Source: Candidatus Nanohaloarchaea archaeon (GTDB taxonomy: Archaea > Nanohalarchaeota > Nanosalinia > Nanosalinales > Nanosalinaceae). From it: 23,597 nt of DNA. Shown here piece after piece: positions 16,119 through 23,597 of the stretch. Positions within the stretch are counted from its first letter, which is position 1; every line of letters starts with the position of its first letter. Location: NCBI GenBank assembly GCA_042217585.1, contig JBDGSJ010000032.1, positions 1 through 23,597 on the forward strand, in the 5' to 3' direction. A program made the position numbers and the translations under genes. The notes under the pieces were generated by a model. It searched no databases. It saw nothing but the letters and a program-made list of their open reading frames with translations, and had not been told where the DNA came from.

Positions 16119-17672
16119 TCAGGTATCTTCGCCATCCCCATCCCCTCCCTGATTTTGACCCGGGCTCCAGAGCCGGGTTATCTTCTCCCTGCTTCTCCAC
16201 TGCTCCATGTAGTCCTCCATCGGACCGGGAGTCACGTTCTTCAGTATCCTTCCCTGCCTCATCATCCTTCTCAGCCTCGATTCCAGGGTCTTCGAAAGCT
16301 CGTCGTAGTAGTCCTTCTCCGAGTAGATCAGGTCGTTCTTGATCCTCCAGTAGGCGGTGGTTCCCTCCGGCGCGAGGACGATGTATCCTCTCTTGTGGTC
16401 GAACTCCGCCATCGCCTCCTTCAGCCGGTCCTTCTCGATGTAATATACGCCGCCCTTCGTCCCGCTCGGGTCCATCACCAGGACCTCGCTTCCCTCGACA
16501 CCCACCGACAGGACGTAATGACCGGTGGTCGCCTCCGGGAAGATCTCCGGCTTGTAGAAGTTCGGTATTATCAGCGCCCCATCGTTGAACCAGGCCTTGA
16601 ACTCGTCGCCCAGATCCCCTATCTTGTCGTACTCTACCCAGGCCGTCTTCACGTCCTCGTTGGTCAGGTCCTCGACAGCCTCCATCAGGTCCGGTACATC
16701 GGTTCCCTCGCCGACCTCGCATCCTGCTTTCTCACCTATCTCGTCCTGGTCGTGCCTGTAGCCGAATATCTCAAGAGCCATCTCGGCCGACGCAGGTCCG
16801 CAGAATGATGGATGCTGTGTGACGAAGTAACTGGTTATGTCCTCCATCGTCTCAAGGTCGCTCTGAGTCCTCTTGAATTTGAGCGGCGACTCCATGATCT
16901 CCCTGTTCGGCGTGAGCAGTGTGTAGCCGGTGTCCGTGTCCACAGTGGTGGAGAACAGTGAGACGTCCCTTATCTCACCGCTTTCCTCCTCCATCCGGAC
17001 CTCCTCTCCCGGTCTGACTATCCTCGAGTTCTTGAGGTATATGCCGGCGGCGAAGTTCTGGAAGAGGTCCTTGAAGCCGTAGAACAGGAGCCCGGCGATC
17101 AGGAACGCTATCGCCCACGAAGACGCGTTTACAAGCTCACTGAGAAGTGTCTGCCCTATCCCCATCTGGTCAAAGACTATCTGAAGGAGGATGAGGTACA
17201 GGAATCCCTTGACCAGCATCGTCACGAAGTTAAAGGCGTCTCCCGAGAGGCCTGCTTCCCTGAAGTATCTCTGGGCTCCGAGCGTTTTCAGGAACCGTTT
17301 CCCGGCCTCCGTGGTTATGTCAATTATTATGATCCCGAGGACTCCCAGCATCAGCACGGAAAGGGCCTGCGGCGCGAGCTCAACGAGCTTCTGGTAAAGT
17401 TTCGTGGTCACCGGGCTGTTGAGGTAGAATAGAGCGCCGAGCACAGCCGCCCCGTCAAGTATGTAGGACGCCTGATGTATGAACTTCTCTCGTCTCTCGA
17501 CCTCTTTCCTCGTGGCTTCTTCTCTCCGGTCGATCCAGAGCCTCCTCGCGACAGCAGCGAAGAGTTTGACTGCCGTATGACCCACGACCAGTATCGCAAG
17601 GGTCAGAAGTATCCTAACTCCCGTGCTGCCGCTCGATGCGAAGTTGAGCAGAGAAGTAACAGGATCGACCAT
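16119..17672 (-). CDS. MscS mechanosensitive channel fused to a C39/phytochelatin-synthase-like cysteine (trans)peptidase domain
   Basis: About five TM helices, then the MscS beta domain (FQNFAAG...PGE-x-V...GEI-x-x-VSLFST...PN), then TQHPSFCGPAS (C291), GHYV (H385), VMDP (D401) and AM-x-x-x-D-x-x-RGYIV. Confidence 0.88.
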   Translation of the reverse strand: MVDPVTSLLNFASSGSTGVRILLTLAILVVGHTAVKLFAAVARRLWIDRREEATRKEVERREKFIHQASYILDGAAVLGALFYLNSPVTTKLYQKLVELAPQALSVLMLGVLGIIIIDITTEAGKRFLKTLGAQRYFREAGLSGDAFNFVTMLVKGFLYLILLQIVFDQMGIGQTLLSELVNASSWAIAFLIAGLLFYGFKDLFQNFAAGIYLKNSRIVRPGEEVRMEEESGEIRDVSLFSTTVDTDTGYTLLTPNREIMESPLKFKRTQSDLETMEDITSYFVTQHPSFCGPASAEMALEIFGYRHDQDEIGEKAGCEVGEGTDVPDLMEAVEDLTNEDVKTAWVEYDKIGDLGDEFKAWFNDGALIIPNFYKPEIFPEATTGHYVLSVGVEGSEVLVMDPSGTKGGVYYIEKDRLKEAMAEFDHKRGYIVLAPEGTTAYWRIKNDLIYSEKDYYDELSKTLESRLRRMMRQGRILKNVTPGPMEDYMEQWRSREKITRLWSPGQNQGGDGDGEDT

Positions 17673-17683
17673 AACCTCTTTTC

Positions 17684-17710
17684 ACCCCTCGGGGTATAAA
17701 AACTCTTTCG
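17684..17710 (-). promoter_or_regulatory. BRE/TATA promoter of the MscS-ligase operon with an adjacent palindrome
   Basis: Minus strand CGAAAGAG-TTTTTATA about 25 nt upstream of ATG 17672, followed by ACCCC-GA-GGGGT. Confidence 0.65.
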
Positions 17711-17713
17711 ATT

Positions 17714-18904
17714 TCACTCTGTGGATTTGATCCTTCCGTGGCCGATAAGCCGCCAGCGAGAGCCTATCTGACGGGAAATCGCGATGCGGTCTCCCTCCTC
17801 TGCGCATATCGGGACCTTCAGGTTGAGCCTTACGTTCTTCCCGGCCTGGGTCACCACTCCGGCGGATTTGCCGGTACCGACGTTGATCATCAGAGCCTCC
17901 TTTTCCTTTATGTTTTCGACCTCGTCCTCTCCCTCGGAGCCAACGATCCGGTCCATAAGTTCAGTCTCCACCTCTATGCTGTCCGTGGTGTCCGGAAGTT
18001 CACCCTTCCGGCCCAGCACGTTGCCCGAGAGGCCATCCGACTTGGTCATCGCAGGGTCAAGCTCAGTTTCGATAGCGAGGAGTCCTCCCGGGGTGCCTTT
18101 CTCCACGGGCGTCGAGCCGTGCATGACGCTCCGGACCTCGGTCGTCACGGAGTACCAGTTATCCCCGTCTCTGATCCCCGGCCTTATCTCTATCTCCTCT
18201 CCTTCCTCGAGCTCTCCCTGTATCAGGCTACCGCCGACCACTCCTCCCCGGAGGTCGCCGGGCTCAGTTCCGGGCTTGTTGATGTCAAAGGACCGCGCGA
18301 CCAGCATCCTCGGCTCCGCGTCACGGTCCCTCTCCGGCGTGGGTATCTCGCTTTCAATCGCCTCGAGGACTTTGTCGATGTTTATCTCCTGCTGTGCCGA
18401 GATCGGAATCACCGGTGCGTCCTCCGCGACGGTCCCTTCAACGAACTCCTGAATCTCCCTGTAGTTCTCGCGGGCTCTCTCTTCGTCGACTATGTCGACC
18501 TTGTTCTGCACTATCACGATGTTGTCGACCCCGATGATGTCCAGCGCGGCAAGGTGTTCGCGGGTCTGGGGCTGCGGACACTCCTCATCTGCCGCGATGA
18601 CAAGTACTGCACCGTCCATTATCGCGGCGCCGGAAAGGACATTAGCCATCAGCGTTTCGTGTCCTGGAGCGTCCACGAGCGACACGCTTCGGACCTCCTC
18701 TCCGTCACCGTCGACGTTCAGTTCTCCTTCTTCATCCCGGTAGTACGTCACGTCGGCGTACCCGAGCCTGATCGTTATCCCTTTCTTCAGTTCCTCGCTG
18801 TGCTCGTCGGTCCATTTGCCGGAGAGAGCCTGTGTGAGAGTTGTCTTTCCGTGGTCCACGTGGCCCACGAGCCCGATGTTGACTTCAGGTACGCCGTTGG
18901 TCAT
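17714..18904 (-). CDS. eif2g: Translation initiation factor aIF-2 subunit gamma
   Basis: [52 protein letters not shown]. Confidence 0.97.
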   Translation of the reverse strand: MTNGVPEVNIGLVGHVDHGKTTLTQALSGKWTDEHSEELKKGITIRLGYADVTYYRDEEGELNVDGDGEEVRSVSLVDAPGHETLMANVLSGAAIMDGAVLVIAADEECPQPQTREHLAALDIIGVDNIVIVQNKVDIVDEERARENYREIQEFVEGTVAEDAPVIPISAQQEINIDKVLEAIESEIPTPERDRDAEPRMLVARSFDINKPGTEPGDLRGGVVGGSLIQGELEEGEEIEIRPGIRDGDNWYSVTTEVRSVMHGSTPVEKGTPGGLLAIETELDPAMTKSDGLSGNVLGRKGELPDTTDSIEVETELMDRIVGSEGEDEVENIKEKEALMINVGTGKSAGVVTQAGKNVRLNLKVPICAEEGDRIAISRQIGSRWRLIGHGRIKSTE

Positions 18905-18953
18905 CTTTTTTCCTCCTTTGAATTTCCGGAAGCGGATTAGCTTGGGGGTTTTT

Positions 18954-19319
18954 TTACTCCTGTCCGAGGAGTTCCCCTACCGGGTCGCTTCCCTCTTCAG
19001 TTACCCGGGTGTTGAGCTGCTGTATCTCGTCTGACACGGTGTTGCCGCGTACCGACTTTCTTTCCCGGACGCCGTCTTCTTCCTGCCTGATTCCCTGTCC
19101 GTCCCCTATCAGGACCTTCTCTCTTTCCGGTCCCTCGATGGATTCCCTCATCGGGAAGCCGTCCTCGTCGCTTCCGCCTGTTATCTCCAGGCTGTAGCCG
19201 TCGAGTCCGACGATCCCCCCGTCGAACTCGTCCCCTATCTTCTTTCCAACCAGTTGAGTCGAGTCGTCGATTTCGGTCTGGTATGTTTCGCCGTCCTGTG
19301 TTCCGATAGTTATCTGCAT
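18954..19319 (-). CDS. rps6e: 30S ribosomal protein S6e (eS6)
   Basis: GKKIG, ITGGSD-x-x-GFPM, G-x-R-x-RK-x-VRG, QLN; AGGTGA SD. Confidence 0.96.
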   Translation of the reverse strand: MQITIGTQDGETYQTEIDDSTQLVGKKIGDEFDGGIVGLDGYSLEITGGSDEDGFPMRESIEGPEREKVLIGDGQGIRQEEDGVRERKSVRGNTVSDEIQQLNTRVTEEGSDPVGELLGQE

Positions 19320-19387
19320 AGTTTTTCACCTGCTCAGTTCTCGCGTCCCGAGCAGTTCAAGATTGGAAACCAAGTTTTATCAATAGA

Positions 19388-19408
19388 CCCGGATTTTTAT
19401 CCGGGAAA
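19388..19408 (+). promoter_or_regulatory. TATA-containing palindrome upstream of trkH
   Basis: CCCGGAT-TTTT-ATCCGGG perfect 7-bp inverted repeat; TTTTAT lies about 25 nt before ATG 19424. Confidence 0.6.
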
Positions 19409-19423
19409 AACCCATTCACCGAC

Positions 19424-20851
19424 ATGAGGAGCAGAGTTGTCTCGGGGCTGACCGGAAGGATACTGAAGGTCTACTCGGTCCTCACCGCTGTACCTCTCCT
19501 CATAGCCGTTTACTACTCGGAGCCGCTCTCGGTCGTGATAGATTTCTCCGTCGCAGCCTTCACCGCCCTGATAACCGGACATCTGATAGGGTTTCTCGGG
19601 AAGGCCGACGAACCCACGACCTCGGAGGCGCTTATAGCGACGGTCCTCGGATGGGGGCTCGCCATCGTGATAGGAGCCATACCTCTTTTCCGCTACCTGA
19701 CTTTCATGGGTGCCGTCTTCGAGGCCTCATCAGGGCTGACCACGACAGGGATGTCGATGGTCCTCTCGCCGGAAAGCCTTCCGAGGTCAGTGCTTTTCTG
19801 GAGGTCCTTCATGCAGTGGGTGGGAGGCCTCGGCATACTCACGTTCTTCATAGCGATAATCCGTGAATCAGGCGGGGTCTCACGAAGACTTTTCTCCGCG
19901 GAAGCCCACAAGACGGATTCCGGTTCCATAAGACCCTCGCTCTCGAAATCCATAATAGACCTCTGGAGGGTCTACGGCTTCCTCACTATACTCATCGCCT
20001 CCACCTACATCGCCCTGGGCATGGAACCCTTCAACGCGGTCCTCTACGGTTTCTCGACTATATCCACGGGAGGATTCTCCCCGATCAACGCAGGTTTCGA
20101 TGCCTTCTCACAGGCGATACAGAGCGCCGGGATACTGTTCATGTTCATAGGCGGAGTCAACTTCGTCCTGCTGTACCGGTTCCTCCGCGCCGAGGCGAAA
20201 CCTTTCCTCAGGAACTCCGAGTTCAAGATGTACTTCCTCACGTTCGCATCCGTCGGACTCCTGACAGCAGCGACCCTCCTGCCCAGGAGACCCACGATCG
20301 GGAAGGCCTTCCTCGACGGCCTTTTCCAGGCCGCGGCCCTGATCTCCTCCACAGGGTTCTCCACCACACCGGTAATGACGTTCTCAGTGGCTATACAGAC
20401 CCTATTCCTGGCCGTGATGTTCATAGGAGGCTCCCTCGGATCGACCGCGGGAGGACTGAAGATGTTCCGGCTCAAGACGATGATAGAGCTCCTTCGGACC
20501 AGGCTGAGGTCCTACACTCTTCCCGAGAGTGCGATAAACGAGGTCAAGATCGACGGGGAGATACTGGACAGCTCCGCGATCAGGACCATAGCCTCCCTGT
20601 TCTTCGTATGGGTCATAATGGTTTTCATGGGAGCCGTCGCGGTACTGTTCCTCGAGGACATGAGCCTGATATCAGCTCTATCTACCACCGTCTCCACCGC
20701 CGGCAACATGGGACCCGTCTACATCTCCGGTCCTGAACTCGTCGAGACAGGGGTCTACTCCAAGCTCGTGTTCATACTGCTCATGCTCGCAGGAAGGCTG
20801 GAGATGCTCCCGCTGTTGGCACTATTAAATACCAAGCTGTTCAAGGAATAA
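19424..20851 (+). CDS. trkH: Trk system potassium uptake channel TrkH
   Basis: Four pore-loop motifs (SGLTTTG, ISTGGF, SSTGF, GNMGP), WR-x-x-x-QW-x-GGLG, GSTAGGLK, GRLE. Confidence 0.95.
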   Translation: MRSRVVSGLTGRILKVYSVLTAVPLLIAVYYSEPLSVVIDFSVAAFTALITGHLIGFLGKADEPTTSEALIATVLGWGLAIVIGAIPLFRYLTFMGAVFEASSGLTTTGMSMVLSPESLPRSVLFWRSFMQWVGGLGILTFFIAIIRESGGVSRRLFSAEAHKTDSGSIRPSLSKSIIDLWRVYGFLTILIASTYIALGMEPFNAVLYGFSTISTGGFSPINAGFDAFSQAIQSAGILFMFIGGVNFVLLYRFLRAEAKPFLRNSEFKMYFLTFASVGLLTAATLLPRRPTIGKAFLDGLFQAAALISSTGFSTTPVMTFSVAIQTLFLAVMFIGGSLGSTAGGLKMFRLKTMIELLRTRLRSYTLPESAINEVKIDGEILDSSAIRTIASLFFVWVIMVFMGAVAVLFLEDMSLISALSTTVSTAGNMGPVYISGPELVETGVYSKLVFILLMLAGRLEMLPLLALLNTKLFKE

Positions 20852-20859
20852 ACAGGCCC

Positions 20860-21519
20860 ATGTATGTAGTCATAGCAGGGATAAACACGCTCTCAAGGAG
20901 GATGGTCCAGAAGCTGGAGGGCCGCCACGACGTAGTGGTGATAGACGAGGACGAGGACAAGTGCGAGAGGCTCTACTCCTCCTCCGGCGCAACGGTGATC
21001 AACAGGTCCCCGACCATGATCTCGGCGCTCGAGGACGCAGGGATAGGGAAGGCGGACGCGCTGGTATCCACACTGAAGGGAGACAACGAGAACATGGTCG
21101 TCTGCTCCCTGGGAAAGAAGTTCGGGGTCCCCAAGGTCGTCACGAGGCTCGAGGACGACGAATACTTCGACGCGTTCGAGATAATAGGCGCGGAGACCAT
21201 AGGCAACACCGATATACTTCTCTCCGAGTTCCTCTCCGCGATAGAGCACCCGTACCTCGTCAAGCTCGCGAACCTCTCCGGCGGCAGGGAGATACTCAAG
21301 GCCTCGGTGAAGGAGGACTCGAAACTTGCCGGGAAGACCGTGAAGGAGGTGACGGAATCCCGGGGATTCCCCGGAGATTTCAACGTCGTGACGGTCCTGA
21401 AAGGAGAAGAGGTCTACACCTCAAGGATGGATGTAGGCCTGGAGAGCGGCGACGAGATGATAGTCCTGGGCCCCGAGGAGGAAAAGAAGGAGCTGGACGA
21501 TTTCTTCCAGCAACAGTAA
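20860..21519 (+). CDS. trkA: TrkA-family RCK regulatory subunit (RCK-N + RCK-C)
   Basis: VVVID, LEDAGI-x-x-AD, D-x-x-N and the RCK-C pattern (S-x-LAGK-x-V...L-x-x-GD); directly follows trkH. Confidence 0.9.
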   Translation: MYVVIAGINTLSRRMVQKLEGRHDVVVIDEDEDKCERLYSSSGATVINRSPTMISALEDAGIGKADALVSTLKGDNENMVVCSLGKKFGVPKVVTRLEDDEYFDAFEIIGAETIGNTDILLSEFLSAIEHPYLVKLANLSGGREILKASVKEDSKLAGKTVKEVTESRGFPGDFNVVTVLKGEEVYTSRMDVGLESGDEMIVLGPEEEKKELDDFFQQQ

Positions 21520-21551
21520 TCCAGAAAAACCTGGAGAACAAAAACACATGT

Positions 21552-22091
21552 ATGCAGGAGAAGGATTACGACTTCGAGTCGGTTGAGGACGCCATCGAGG
21601 AGTTCCACCGGCTCGGGACCGAGCTTCTCTCTGAATCCGAGAAACTCCGGTACGGCGGTCTGCCCGTGTCATCCGACCTGCCCGCCATATCCCGGGAGAT
21701 GAGCCAGGTCTGGCGGAAGGCCCACGCCGCCAAGAAGATGATACTGAAGAAGGAGAAAGAGGACATGGCAGAACAGCTGATAAGGAACGACGTCGTAACG
21801 GGCGATGAAGCATCTTTCCTCCCCCCGGAGGGAAAGATCGCCGCACTCATCGAGGACGGCGAATACGGCGAGGAGGCAGGACTTCTCTGGAAGTACAACC
21901 GGGCGAAGGAGTACGCCGCCGAGGCGTCCAGGCGGATCGAAAGGTACAGGGAAGAAGGACCCAGAGAGCCCGGCTACGTACAGCCCGGCGAGATGAAGAC
22001 CCCGCTCCAGCACCTCAGCGACGGACTGCTGGACATGGAGATCGAGGCCGAACTCGAGGACATGGGCGAGACCTACCCCTTGCGAAAATAA
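21552..22091 (+). CDS. Hypothetical acidic alpha-helical protein (179 aa, MQEKDYDFES...)
   Basis: C-terminal part of ORF 20961-22091 from ATG 21552; acidic, with host-like codons; fills the gap between trkA and phr. Confidence 0.8.
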   Translation: MQEKDYDFESVEDAIEEFHRLGTELLSESEKLRYGGLPVSSDLPAISREMSQVWRKAHAAKKMILKKEKEDMAEQLIRNDVVTGDEASFLPPEGKIAALIEDGEYGEEAGLLWKYNRAKEYAAEASRRIERYREEGPREPGYVQPGEMKTPLQHLSDGLLDMEIEAELEDMGETYPLRK

Positions 22092-22120
22092 CTTTACATT
22101 CACCCCCTCAACCGGTAAAC

Positions 22121-23527
22121 GTGACAGCGATAGTCTGGATAAGGCGGTCCATGAGGCAGAGGGATAACACCGCACTCGTCGAGGCCTCGAAAGAACACGA
22201 AGAGATAATACCGTTCTACGTGGTGGACGACGAATACTTCTCCGGGGAGACGCTCGGTTACCCCCGGGTCAAGTTCTGGAGGGAATCCCTGAAAGAGCTG
22301 AAGCAGTCCATGAAGGAGGACGGGAAGGACCTGGTGGTCCGCAAGGGGAAACCTATCGAAGAGCTCGAAAGGATCGTCGATGAGGCGGACGCCGACGCGG
22401 TACACTTCAACCGCGACTACTCGCCGTACTCGAGGGAAAGGGACTCGAAGGTCCGGGGCATGGAAGTCGAAGTTAAGGACTTCAAGGACATCGTCCTCCA
22501 CGAGAAAGAAGAGATACTGACCAACTCCGGCGACCCCTACAAGGTGTACTCCTACTACCGCGACAAATGGTTCGAACGGGAAAAACCCAGGCCGAGGGAC
22601 CCGGAAAGCTATACCGTCCCGGAGAAGGATTCCGACCCTATACCGTCGCTGGAAGAACTCGGCTTCGAGAACCCGGGGATGGACGTCTGGAAGGGCGGAA
22701 GGGAGGAAGGGCTTGAACGGCTCGAGGCCTTCAAGGACCGGATATGGGACTACGGCGAAAACAGGGACCTGCCCGCCGACGACTCCACGTCAAAGCTCTC
22801 ACCGCACCTCAAGTTCGGGACGGTCTCGGTCCGCGAGGCATACTGGACCGCGGAGAGGATAAAGGCCCGCAACCCGGACAGCGACACCTCCGGCATAAAG
22901 ACCTGGCAGGAAGAACTTGCCTGGCGCGACTTCTACTTCCAGGTGATGTGGAACTACCCCTACTGCGTCGAGAAACCGTTCCTCAGACAGTACGAATCCA
23001 TAGAGTGGAACTGCCCTGACCGGAAATGGCAGAAGTTCATCGAGGGAAGGACCGGCTTCCCGTTCGTCGACGCGGGGATGCGCCAGCTGAGGTCCACGGG
23101 CTGGATGCACAACAGGCTGAGGATGGTCGTCACAAGCTTCGCCGCCAAGGACCTCCACGCCGACTGGAAACGTCTCCACCGCTACTTCAAGAAGATGTTC
23201 GTCGACGCCGAACTCGCCTCAATGATAGGAGGGATACAGTGGGCCTACTCCATAGGGACCGACGCACAGCCGTACTTCCGCGTCTTCAACCCTTGGACCC
23301 AGGGAGAAAAATTCGACCCCGACGGAGAATACATCAGGGAATGGGTGGAGGAGCTCAGAGAGGTCCCGGACCAGTACATCCACGAACCCCACAAGATGCC
23401 CGAGTCCGTTCAGCAAGATTCAGGATGCGTCATCGGAGAAGATTACCCGAGGCCGATACTGGACCACGACAGGGAGAGAAAGAAAGCCGTGAAGATGTTC
23501 GAGGAAGCCAGAGAAGACGACGAGTGA
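22121..23527 (+). CDS. phr: Photolyase/cryptochrome family protein, class I CPD-photolyase-like
   Basis: W-x-RR-x-x-R-x-x-DN-x-AL, TS-x-LSPHL-x-FG-x-VS, EL-x-WRDFY, G-x-TGFP-x-VDAGMRQL-x-x-TGWMHNRLRM, FRVFNP-x-x-Q-x-x-KFDP. Confidence 0.95.
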   Translation: MTAIVWIRRSMRQRDNTALVEASKEHEEIIPFYVVDDEYFSGETLGYPRVKFWRESLKELKQSMKEDGKDLVVRKGKPIEELERIVDEADADAVHFNRDYSPYSRERDSKVRGMEVEVKDFKDIVLHEKEEILTNSGDPYKVYSYYRDKWFEREKPRPRDPESYTVPEKDSDPIPSLEELGFENPGMDVWKGGREEGLERLEAFKDRIWDYGENRDLPADDSTSKLSPHLKFGTVSVREAYWTAERIKARNPDSDTSGIKTWQEELAWRDFYFQVMWNYPYCVEKPFLRQYESIEWNCPDRKWQKFIEGRTGFPFVDAGMRQLRSTGWMHNRLRMVVTSFAAKDLHADWKRLHRYFKKMFVDAELASMIGGIQWAYSIGTDAQPYFRVFNPWTQGEKFDPDGEYIREWVEELREVPDQYIHEPHKMPESVQQDSGCVIGEDYPRPILDHDRERKKAVKMFEEAREDDE

Positions 23528-23597
23528 AGACTTACTTAAACATTCAGAAAAAAGAAGAAAACAGGACAATTGTTGACATCAGGTGGTAAACAATCAA

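Noticed and set aside
12424..17672. Graspetide RiPP cluster or LysW-dependent Lys/Arg biosynthesis
   Set aside because: No precursor peptide, LysW carrier or lysYZJK genes are visible, and the spacers are too short; a remote precursor cannot be excluded.
17738..18940. Long plus-strand ORFs antisense to real genes (also 89-865, 1116-2033, 14008-14898, 15561-16808)
   Set aside because: Shadow ORFs expected from GC-rich, acidic codon usage; Leu/Val/Arg-rich with no motifs and fully overlapping well-supported genes.
14365..19319. RimK modifying the nearby S6 protein
   Set aside because: RimK's substrate is bacterial bS6, which is unrelated to eS6; the shared name is coincidental.
20961..21551. 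N-terminal 197 codons of the 376-aa ORF
   Set aside because: Off-frame, Arg-rich overlap with trkA; the plausible gene starts at ATG 21552.
1..23597. CRISPR array, transposase, integrase, rRNA
   Set aside because: No spaced direct repeats, mobile-element ORFs, att-like duplications flanking the island, or rRNA signatures were seen.

Overview
Archaeal chromosomal segment with a strongly acidic predicted proteome, dense gene packing and frequent AGG/ATA codons. It is most consistent with a halophilic DPANN archaeon (Nanohaloarchaeota-like; inference). The backbone is the conserved archaeal information-processing neighbourhood on the minus strand: eS6, aIF2-gamma, PIN, RpoE', Spt4, eS24, eS31/S27ae, RdgB, Kae1, Sua5/TsaC, Bud32, uS15, RecJ-like DHH, eS1/S3Ae and an intron-containing tRNA-Lys(CTT). 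TrkH, TrkA, an orphan ORF and a photolyase follow on the plus strand. The standout is a ~5.3 kb block between aIF2-gamma and PIN, two genes that are usually adjacent. It encodes an MscS channel fused to a papain-fold C39/phytochelatin-synthase-like domain with a Cys-His-Asp triad, two RimK-like ATP-grasp proteins (one degenerate), a GCS2 glutamate-cysteine-ligase-family enzyme and a third, convergent ATP-grasp. This is a candidate glutamyl-peptide synthesis/processing/export system. Other oddities include two KefC-like antiporters inside the t6A (KEOPS) operon and a photolyase lacking the flavin-proximal Trp and the FAD-N5 Asn. eS24 carries an extra helical domain, and an identical 14-mer precedes both trkH and the ligase genes. 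All calls come from motif recognition by eye; no searches were run.
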